Source: Chrysomallon squamiferum
Taxonomy: Eukaryota > Animalia > Mollusca
Length of the DNA stretch: 64,000 nucleotides
Assembly: GCA_012295275.1 (NCBI GenBank)
Contig: CM022672.1
Span: 27,280,001-27,344,000 of the forward strand
Direction of reading: 5' to 3'
The notes under the pieces: generated by a model
The model's database searches: none
Told to the model about the DNA's origin: nothing
The model's input: the letters and a program-made list of their open reading frames with translations, nothing else
Program-made: the position numbers and the translations under genes
In this document: piece by piece, positions 53,019-64,000 of the stretch
How positions within the stretch are numbered: the first letter of the stretch is position 1
Layout of the letters: the number at the start of each line of letters is the position of its first letter

Positions 53019-56000
53019 GTTTTAGTTTGTAACATGTTATAAAAATTAAAATATGATATCTTAAGTTAATTGTTCATTATTATGAAGTAATAAATGATTA
53101 ATAAAATAATTAAAATAAGAAAGTTTATTTAACCAGTTTGTGTGTGTGTGTGGGTTTATGTTTTCTCCTTCAACATGAAATTTCATAAAAGTGTTCTGGT
53201 TAAAAAATTTGTATTGTTCCATTTTTCCACAGAGGAATTTAACAGAATATTACAATGCAGTGGATATGAACAACATGATGATAATATTTGCTAGGTAATT
53301 ATATAGAATGGTAATATATTTCTATATGTTTTGCACTGTATTAATACATTGATGTGTAAATCTACTGCTGTCCTTCGTGGCCTACTTATTTATTATCAGT
53401 AAGACATATCTTATATGCAATTTGCAGAATAATCATAGAGAATTAGCTAGAATAAAGATTACCCAGTTTTAATTTGAGCAGACTAAAAATATTGTTATGG
53501 ATTAAATATTATATGTGACATTTGAAAATCTTATGCAGATGATTTTTTTTAATTTAATTTGTTCTTAACCCATCCAAAGCACAGATGAAATAAATCCAGT
53601 TTTATGTGAAAATGGAAGGCAAATCTTTATAAATGTTTGTATTTATTTGTAGCATGTTAAATGAACGACGTGTTGTTTTCACATCAAAGAAGTTGAGTCG
53701 ACTGACAGCTTGTGTACATGCCTCAGAAGCACTGCTCTATCCCATGCACTGGTAGGTTACTTAATATGTGTATATATATATATATATATAGTATACCATT
53801 GGTATTTGGTGCCAGGAAGGTAACATGAAAAAACAATCTTTGTAAACAAATGAGCATTATTTTATATGTATTTCATTGTAATGGTGTATGTTAAAATATA
53901 AATTGTTCCATGCAGTGTGTTTTGTAGCTGAATGCAAAATTTTGTGTATCATTCATTACTTCACAAAAACAGTCTTTCAGAATCAGAAGCTTCGCTAGAT
54001 TTTTCTTTACAAGAAGAAGACTTGAGCAGATCATTTTCTGTTCATTTTGATTTATTTTTGTATATTACCTGATAATGATAAAAACTTCAGAAGGAGATTA
54101 AATGATCACCCATACACATATACTTGTTATTCAGCCAGAAATATAACATAAATTATGTTGATTACAATTAAAATGGTATATTTTTATTATTATTTTCTTT
54201 TCTGTTCAATAGGCAACATTTACTGATACCTGTTCTACCAGCTCATCTTATAGATTACCTTAGGTAAGTATTAAAAATATAGTTTTAGGACTAATACTTT
54301 TTGTTTCTGTCTCTTTGCCAGTCTAAATCTAAATAAGTATTACACATCTGTTAACACAGAAAGACATATCTTACTGCAGCTTTTAAGGTTTTCTCTTGTT
54401 TCATATTATTCAATGAAGTTGGAGTTAGATTTAAATTAGAGCAAACAAATTCAAAGAAATGATATAATTGTTTATAAATGAAATATTTTGTAAAACCATA
54501 ATACTCGAGTGCATACTTTATACAGCAAGAGTACAGAGTATAAAGATACAAATGTTGATAATAATTATTATTTGGTCTAAATGAAAGTTAATAATATTTT
54601 GTATTTTCAGTGCTCCAATGCCATATGTGATTGGTGTTCATACTTCTTTAATACATGTAAGTTAATGATGGTAATGATTATGATGATGATGATGATGATG
54701 ATAATAATAAAAAATAATAAAAAAAAAAAAAAAATAAAAAAATAAAATAAATGCACAACATGTTTTCATCTTTGTAATATATTTACTGTAATTCGTTTCT
54801 CATTACTTTTTAACATTTTGTGTTTCAGAAAATTAGAAATCTGGAGCTGGGTGATGCTGTGGTAGTTGATACTGACAAAAATGTTGTTAAAACAGAATAT
54901 GATGACTTAGAGGAACTTCCTGAAGAAGTGGTAAACTTTCTCTATTCTATGAATATTAATTTAATAATACACTGTATTTCAGTACTTCAGTATGTAAGTT
55001 TATTAATATGTATGGGGATATTTTTTCTTTGTTTCTTTGTCTTTTTTGTCTTTTTTGGGGGGTTCTTTTCCTTTTAATTTTCATTCACTGATATCTTTCT
55101 TTAAACTTCTTTGTAATTTCAAAAATGGAATTATATTTCTTTTTTTTTTCATTTTATTTTTTTGCAGATTATCCTTTAAGTATTTTAATTCCTTTTTACA
55201 TGCTTCATTCATTTAGATATTCATTAATTCATTTATTTGTATTCTTAAAACTTTGTAAATGATACTTTAAAAAGAATGACAAAATATTTAAAAAAACCAA
55301 TGTCACTTTTTTCTCTCAGTTTTACACTTGTAAAAGAATTCTTACATTTCTTATACATGACACAATATCTGTTTTCAGGTGTCCTACTTAAAGAAACATT
55401 TGAAAAATGAAAGGTTAAAAGCATCATTGCAGCATTCTGGCGATGCAATATCTAAGATATTTCTTGAGGCCTTAGTCCGACTTATAGGTAAAAGATTTAT
55501 CAGAAAATAAATGTAACTTTTCCCAATTTATTCAAGAATAATACTCTGAATTTGCAATTTGATAAAAATATATAAAACAAATAAACAATAAATATAAACA
55601 TATAAAAAAATTATAGAGAAAAATCAACTTATTTGTTTCTAAAGTATTTAAATTTCATAAAACGGATACCTTTTTTCATGTGTTTTTGTGTCTGTTTAAT
55701 CTATGATCTATCCTATTTTTTTATTTTTTATCTGTTTTTAATAGTTTGTTGTGATTTTAATAAAGTTATGTTAAACTATTTAAGAGATTTTACATAATTT
55801 GTACTGTAGTAATGTATATGTTGTAACTGATTTTAATGCAATTTGTGATATTAAAAATATATCATAGCTGATCTTTCATTTCAACACTTCTTACCCAAAT
55901 CTTGCCTGTGTGTAGATTATATCACAGATATTTAAAATTACATTTTCAGGTGGATATCGAGAGGCACTCAAGTTCAGTATAGGAGAACCAATCACGTTTA

Positions 56001-56668
56001 TGCCAGAAGTGTTTGTCACCACCAGGCCTGCTTCTATGAAACCTTTCTTAGAAAACATGCTGCATCTTCAAATATTCCAACAGGTCAGAGTTCAGGCTAT
56101 TCAGAAATTTTTAATATAAGAAATATTTATTTATAAAATGATAGAGAAACATTTTTTTTTATTATGACAACACATTTTAAGCATTTTCATTTTTACAATT
56201 TATTTGTATTTGTTGGTGTTATTTTTCATAGAAACTGTTGATTTTATTTTAAAAAGTTGATGAGATTAACTTACTGATATTATTTTTAAAAGTTAATGAG
56301 GTTAAATCACAGATATTGTTGATTAGATTTTTAAAAGTTAGTATCTTGTTGTGGTTGTAATGTTGTTGCACTTTTGTATGTTATAGTTTATCAACGGACG
56401 GTTGGATATACTGAACTGTGGACAGGGTTTTAATGACTTGTTTGAGAATATGGCCATACAGCACACAGACAAACTGAACACACAGTCTCGCTATAAAGAG
56501 TGGCTTGGCAGCATGAAGGTATCTTGTTGTTGTGGTTAATGTTGTTATTACTTTCTTCTTGATTACTTGTGAATGTGATCTGCTACAGCTTGTTTTTGCT
56601 GTTCTATATTATTATTATTATTCTTTTGTTGTTTTTTGGTTTTACTGTTATTTTTATTATAATAATGA

Positions 56669-56726
<58 letters not shown>

Positions 56727-57851
56727 TTTGATTAACGTTAATTTACTGAAAAACGAAAGGAAAAAAAAAAAAAGTTTTTATAAATATATTTCATTTCCAA
56801 AAGGAATACTGTAATTGTTCTATTTGTTTTCTTTTGTCCATGGCAAGGTTAGACATATTTAAACAGAATTTTAATAACAAAATAGTCACAGCTCAAATAT
56901 TTTTTAACTTTACTTTAAAATATTTTTATTTTCCTTTAATTTTCACATCACTGACAATTTAAGAATATTTCATTTCAGAAGCAGCAGAAAAAGTTTTCAA
57001 AAGGAGGGAAAGATGTTTGGTCAGACATCAAAGAAAAGGTACTGTCTTTATTAATTTTATTACTAAGTATGTGTGAGTTTGTAACATTTATCAGCATTTG
57101 TTAAAAATGAATATATAATTATTTAATATATTCTTTATTAAATAATATTTCTTCTTCTTTGTTGTACACAATCTATCACTAGATCATAACATTAACTCTT
57201 CATTTTGTAAAATATTTTATTGCACTTTTTACGTATTGTGAATTATGATTTGTAAAAATTAATGTAAAAAAAACTGGATTAATGGACTAATTATCAGCAG
57301 ATGGTGAAACAAAAAAAAAAACTTTCTTAGTATTAAAATACTTGTAGAAAACTAACATTTTTTTTTTTTCTTTTTTTTTTGGTTCCTTATTTATTATTGT
57401 GAAGTAAGAATTTTTTTTTTTTTTTTTTCAATGTAAACTTAAATAACCTGAATTATAATTCAAATTTTCTTGAATAATAATAATTAAAAACAAGTGATGT
57501 AAAATCTAATAATTTTTAATTCAATCTTTAATGGGTATATGTATCTTCAGGCTCCAATCATGATGACCTCAGCAGTTCAGTCAGTAAGTGACCTTGACCC
57601 AGCATGACCCTCACACTGTTGTTGTTGTTGTTCAGTATTGTTATCTGATGGTTTATTGTATACAACTTACAGACACTTAATAATTCTAGGTGTAGGCTTG
57701 AATTAGCAGCATGTATAACCTGTATACCTTGTTATGTTCCCCTCTCCCACATCAAGTCAGTTATGTCCCTGACATTTCATTTCACTGTTCCTTAGACATT
57801 AAATGTCGGGTTCCTTTTGTATGTTTTTTGTCGGTTTTTTTATTTTTAATT

Positions 57852-57886
<35 letters not shown>

Positions 57887-60369
57887 GGAGGGTAATTAAT
57901 TTATTTTTAAAATTTTATTGTTATTATTTTTACCACCTATATATTTTTTCTCTATATATTTTTTCCCCACTCCTAACTGTTTTGTGTGTACACTGATAGA
58001 GTTATCTCCCGAATACATTTTTCAGAAAAACATATTAAAATTCTTTTAGTTATTTTGTTAATTGAAAATATTAGTATTATTCTATTGTTGTTTATAATTA
58101 GACAGAGGTCATACTTGTGATTTAAAAAAAAAAATATATATAAGTGAGTTTAGTTTAATTTTTGAATTTTGTTTTCATATTCTAATCTTTTTTGTTCTCT
58201 TTTTGTGGGTAATCTTTGTGTACTTAAATTTTTTATATTCTAAAAGGAGTATCTCAATACAGTCTTTTAAATTTAAATTCTTTATTTTAATCTTTTTTTT
58301 TTTCTTTTTTTTTCTGGTGTTGGAATAATTTCTTTGAAAACACTTAAAAATAAAATTAAACTTAATTTACTAGACATGTTTAAACTTAACAATAACTTCA
58401 TCCACAATAATCCATATGCTATGAACATCATAATGACTCCATTTTTGTGGGTAATTTTCTAAGTAAAGAAAAGGAATGAGGAGGGAAAAGTAGTTTGATA
58501 ATAAGAACTTATCTGGGAATAAATAAAAAAATAATTCAAGAATTTAGAGATTTTGGACATAAGACAGTATATTATTTAATTGTTTTTTCTTTAAATTTAA
58601 ATATTTTAAACTGAAATTGATACTGAAAATAGACAATTTCAAAAAAAATAATAAAAAGAATATATTATTATTATTATTATTATTATTAATCCATTGTTCA
58701 AGCAAACTACTATGATAAATTAATTACATAATCTGGATTTTGTAATGATTTTAATAAAGCTGATAAAATGTTATTTTTAACAGACTGCTTGTCAAAATTA
58801 ATAATATATTAATAATATATTTTCTACCTGCATCATTTTTTTAAACCTGAACTTTAAACAGACATGATTAACAAAACAATAATAATAATACACTATTTAA
58901 CAGCTGTTAATAAAGTATATTAATTAACAAATTATATTAGTTTTCATAACTTACTGAATAGTTAACAAATACTTTTGCTAATAATTTGAATGTTAATTAG
59001 TAGAGAAAAAAAAGAAAAAAAAATAGTTCAGCTTTCTTGATGTAATTACATGTTATGAATGTGTTTTATGTTACTAGACTTACCATGTGTAAAGATGTAT
59101 GTTTGACCTATACAAAAAGAAGCATTGTTATTGAATAGTTTGCATTCAGTATACAAACATTATCTCTGACCTTCTGAGCATATTTTGATTCAGGTGAAAT
59201 GCTAAAGACTGTTTATTAAGTAAAAGTGTCAAAGCCTTTTAAATTATTATATCTAAATCTGATCACAGCATGTGATTTTAGTCATGTGTATCTATTTTGT
59301 TCAATTATTTATGCATACTGACAATTATTTTGTTTCAGTTATTAATTATTAGTTTGTATCTAGTGTTGTTTTCTTTCATTTCCCAACAAATTAATTGTCA
59401 TCGTCTTTGTATTATGTTTTAAGCATAATTAATGTTTGCATGATAGTGTTTTATAGTAGTTAAAATCATATCATAAATTTCTGTTTGATCCACTGCACTT
59501 GGATGACTTATTAGTATGTTGTTCCTGTTTATAACTGATTGTTTATTTCAGTGGGATCTTTATATTATTGTGAATTAATAAATAATTAATAAACAACTAA
59601 TACAAATTTTGAAAAGATGGACAGTATAAATATCCTAAATTAAGCTTCTGATGTATACAAAATTTATTTTCTGAGATACAAAATTTCAAATCTTGTTTCA
59701 TTCTGAGGTATCTTAGAATAGCAATAAATCTTTGAAATGTAATCAGGTTTCTGCATGGGAATATAAGATGGTTAAATTTATGATTTTAATGTCCACTGTA
59801 CAATCTAGTAATCTGGTTAAAGTATATTATCATAAAAATAAAATGTTGTATTGTCTTTCATAGGTTAAATCTCAAGGCAAAAAGGCTGTTACTGGAATTA
59901 AAACAAGATTAAATGAGGTATCTTTTTTGTAATTTTCTTTCTTTCTTTCTTTCTTTATTTGTTTAGTTAATTAGTTAGATAGTTATTTTATTTTACTTTA
60001 TTGTGAAGGACTGGGATTCAATTATTCAAATGCTCAGAGAAAGCAAAAAAAAAAACATCCCAAAATACCCTTTTAATGAGTAATTTGATGTTTTATGAAT
60101 AAAAATATCAAGCAATCATATTAAATTCTTGACTATCAGCAACACATTAACAAAGGTAATTTTCAGAATAGTAACTTTGTTTGTGTGTGTTGTGTGTATG
60201 CATCTCTATGTAATTATTTATGTTTGTTTTTTCACAGATAAATGAAGGTGGTAAACAGGCATCTAAGCACCCGACACCCAGCTCTTCAACAAAAGTATTT
60301 AACAGACAACAGCGGCCTGCGACTATTTTAGGTTCAAAGCTGGAGTCTTCACGAGTAAGTTCCTTTTCA

Positions 60370-60432
<63 letters not shown>

Positions 60433-61844
60433 AATATATATATTTTTTAACATATTTGGTGATTTGTTTTAGTGTTTATTTGAAAATGAAACAGAAAAAA
60501 ATAATCTCTATAAAAAATAATTTTTAAAATAAATGTTTCAAAGATATATCATTTTGTTTTTTGTTAAATAAAATGATTACAAAATAAAAAAAATTCAAAA
60601 ACCTTATTGATTGCATGTAAGCCAAAAGTTAAAAAGAAAACATGAATGAAACATGCCACACACAAACACACACACACTTATATATATATATATATATATA
60701 CATTTATACAAATATATAATATCATATTCTAACATTCTAAATCACTGTTTCATGCAGATGTGTATTAACATTCTAAATATATATCATACATATATATATA
60801 TATATATATATACATGTACACAAATATATAATATCTTAGGTGTAAGTAATCATTTTAAATCTTTTCAAATAATATATTCAAAGTGTGGGTATTGTAATTA
60901 TGAAACTGATCAAGTTCAGTTCTGTTTTCCAGCCTCCTAGGCCACCTCCACCAGTAGCTCGCACCCAGAGTTCAAGACTTGCATTACCACAGTAAGTGTG
61001 TGAGAATTAACACTCACTGTTAAGCAGTAACCCGTCACATTTTAATTTTGCTTTTTATCATAAATTAACTATATTGTAGCTTTTGTCATCTTAAGTTAAG
61101 TACATTACAATATTTATTATTCTAAATTAATTGTGTTATAGTTTTCATAACATATATAATAGTTTTATTATCATGAATTAACTATATTAGTTGTTATTAT
61201 CTTAAATGAACAATGTTATAGTGTTAGAGAAATTTTTATTAATTAGCAGCATAGTAACTTCTATTTACTCTTTTTTATATAGAAGAATTTTCATAATGGC
61301 ATTTGGTAGATGTTTTTATTTTTTTTAAGTTATTAATGTTCTAAACTGTTGTCTCAAGTGATGCCTAGCAACATCCTAAATCACTGTTTCATACAGATGT
61401 GTATTAACATTCTAAATCACTGTTTCATACAGATGTGTATTAACATTCTAAATCCTAAATCTGTTTCATACAGATCTGTATTAACATTCTAAATTAAATC
61501 ACTGTTTTCAAACAATATTAACATTTAAATCACTATCAACATTCTAAAATAAACAAAATGATTCCATTCTAAAATACTGATTCCAGTAACATTTACTAAC
61601 ATTCAGTGATTGTCCTTTAAAAGCAAAAGCAAACGAAACTTAGTTGTTATTCATCTACGCTTGCAGGACATCGAAGTATGCGACAGTGAGCGTGACACCA
61701 GAAGAGGTAAGCAGGTACGAGAGTTACGATGACAACTGCCTCCCAGAAGAGTACCAGCGAGTGAGCGTCAGCCTGATGGCAGACATTCAGAACGCTTTGC
61801 ATCGTTCAGCCAGCGACAACAACATTAACCCTAGAACCACGTGG
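47416..61844 (+). CDS. DENND1: DENN domain-containing protein 1 (connecdenn, Rab35 GEF); 3' end beyond the window
   Basis: Exons 47416-47432, 50318-50379, 50712-50755, 51027-51076, 51311-51418, 51899-52058, 52616-52669, 53233-53294, 53653-53751, 54213-54263, 54611-54656, 54829-54930, 55379-55487, 55950-56083, 56387-56518, 56979-57038, 57551-57583, 59864-59917, 60238-60354, 60933-60991 and 61667-61844. [89 protein letters not shown] and QIFQQFINGRL are DENND1A/B signatures. Confidence 0.95.
49388..49439. repeat. (CA)n microsatellite
   Basis: Direct reading of the sequence. Confidence 0.95.
60372..60432. repeat. (CT)n(GT)n microsatellite just after a DENND1 donor
   Basis: Direct reading of the sequence. 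Confidence 0.95.
61373..61600. repeat. 36-bp minisatellite (ctaaatcactgtttcatacagatgtgtattaacatt), decaying 3'
   Basis: Two near-perfect copies followed by progressively degenerate ones. A solitary copy sits at ~60736-60776. Confidence 0.85.
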
Positions 61845-64000
61845 GTATGTGTTTCCCAGAGTTTTCTTATAATCAGCTGACACTAATTACAGCATTTAGT
61901 AGTCTGACAATGAATAATTTATAGTACTTTCAGAAGATGTTGGAAACTGTTTGATTTGCTGCATTTGAAGATCTACTTTTATCTTTTTTTACTCTTACAG
62001 CTTCTTGTATTATTAATTTTTCTTCCTTTTTTCTTGGCTGTTCACTTACACACAGCTATCTGTGATTATATTTTTGCTGTTTACTTCCACATATGAACAT
62101 TTTTGCTATCCACATATAAACGATTTTGTTATTCTCTTCCATATGTGTATATGACATGTTTGCTATTCAGTCTCATGTATAAATCTATGATTTTATTTGT
62201 CCTTTTCACTTAAACACATACACACACGTGTGTATATATATATATATCATGTATATTTTTGCTATTTGTTTCCAAACATCTCTATGAGATGATTGCTGTT
62301 CAGTTTCAAATATCCATGTTTTGCTGTTCAATATATCTTGTTTCCGATGCAATTCTATCCTTTCATTTACACATATACCATACTCATACATTTGTGCTCA
62401 CTTGCATGCATGGATGCACATACACATACACACACATTTTAGGTTACATCAGTTTTATTCTCAGTTTTGCACAGTTTTTCAGACAATTTTAATGATAGTA
62501 TTAATTTAATTTTTATGTGATCTGCTTATTGAATTATTCTTATTCAGACCATAGTAGACGTCAGTAGATTGAAAAGTTGAGAAATAGAACTAACAGATAA
62601 TAAATTAATAAAAATTTATATTACACTGAATTAGAAAAATGCTTATTTTGTCATTCTTAAATCTATAGTTATTAAGATGCAGCCTGCTGAAAGTTACTAG
62701 TAGTATAGTATAAGAGGTGTGAAAAACAAACATGCTACAGGAGTAAAATTGCATTCTTTATTTTTACACTGTTTCAGTATATCCACAACACTGAGGTTTG
62801 TCCTTTTTTTCTCTGTTAGAATAGCTTTGTTAATACATTATTTTTGGTGTTGTTGTTTTTTTCATAGTTTTTATACTTTCATTATTTCAGTTGTTTTTAT
62901 GCTGTTTAAAGCTTTTTCAGCATTATATGTTATTTGCATACTTGTATTCATCAACACGCATGAATTCTGGGCACTTTTCTATTTTGTTTTTAATTAATTA
63001 ACATTTTCATTTGGTTATTATTTAAAAGAGTTCTTCTTAATTTTGTTAATATAGTTAATATACTTGATTAAATTCACCTATAATTAATTATATAATTAAT
63101 TAAGACAGTTTGTTTAGTTAATTACAAAGAGCAGTAAATATGAATTGCTCATTATGTTAATTTTAATGAAGTGTGTTTGTGTGTGTATGCATGTATGTAT
63201 ATATGTATGTGTCTGTCTGTATGTATGTGTCAAAAATAATTAACTTCATTTCAAAAAGACCAAACATAATAAAATTAATCAATTAATGTCACAAAATCAG
63301 CTGTATAGTGCAGTGCATGTCCTGAAATATATAATCATTTGCTGCACAGGTTGTTATTTTTCTTTGTTTTTTAAATATTAATTTTTATCACCCAATTAAT
63401 AACAATAATAATATATCATGTTTAAAAATACTTACAGCATGAGATAACACTGTAGCTAGTTTCTACGTAACAACAATATTGTTGTGCCACTTTACAAAAT
63501 ATTTTTAACACTGTACCAGACATTTATGAGAAATCCTGTGGTGTTAATATTGCCCATATAATTAAATGAAGAAGATCTTGTTGTTTGAGGCTAACTGTTC
63601 ATTTTTGTCCTCCCCTAATATGTTACATTTAAACCTACTTAGTGAGTCTGGTTACAGTTTCATAACAAGCAACATCATGAAATAAAATCAAATATTAAAA
63701 AAAAATTTCATATAAAAATCCTTGTTTTCAAAAAAAAAATAAACCAAATGCAGAATTGTTACTTTAAAAAAATATATATACAATATTTTTTTTAAACGCT
63801 GAAGATGATGATAAATTTCCATTTTGATAATTTTGTTACCACTTTACTATTTTGATAATATATTACCATATTTTTAATTATAATATTTTGAGATTTAAGA
63901 AGAAAATGCATCACAGACAATAGATTTCTAGCAGTCACTTTTGGTGCTTAAACATCATCCCCCCAAAAAAAAAAAAAATAAAACCCACCATGGTATAAAA

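Noticed and set aside
59918-59930. U12-type introns suggested by GTATCTT donors (also 56519 and 41758 on -)
   Set aside because: The U12 consensus is GTATCCTT, and no TCCTTAAC branch site is present near the acceptors.

Overview
AT-rich, microsatellite-rich, intron-containing animal genomic DNA. A mollusc/lophotrochozoan is my inference from intron style and from an I/Nimb-type LINE ending in a (CATT)n tail. I assembled exons by hand using GT/GC-AG sites and phase consistency. Eight protein-coding genes lie in this order: (1) the 3' end of an unidentified gene with an octapeptide repeat; (2) kinetochore DSN1; (3) DPM2 (- strand, GC-AG first intron, unusual ~40-aa RS/CxxC C-terminal extension); (4) EXD3/mut-7 (17 coding exons, DEDDy exonuclease plus Mut7-C); (5) Flower/CACFD1; (6) an almost intronless F-box/LRR gene; (7) an unidentified Pro/Thr-rich disordered gene on the - strand; (8) the 5' ~21 exons of DENND1/connecdenn. 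Mobile DNA comprises a decayed I/Nimb LINE 3' end, a tRNA-derived SINE and a long-TIR MITE with a nested insertion. The best leads are the DPM2 extension, an in-frame alternative donor that toggles a 135-aa repeat domain, a possible DSN1 isoform lacking the Aurora-B autoinhibitory exon, the orphan SH2/SH3-ligand scaffold, a recurrent AGGGA[CG]ATAACT motif, and linkage of four genes whose human orthologues map to 9q33-34. No database searches were possible, so all homology calls are from remembered family motifs. I found no clear-cut novel multi-gene system.
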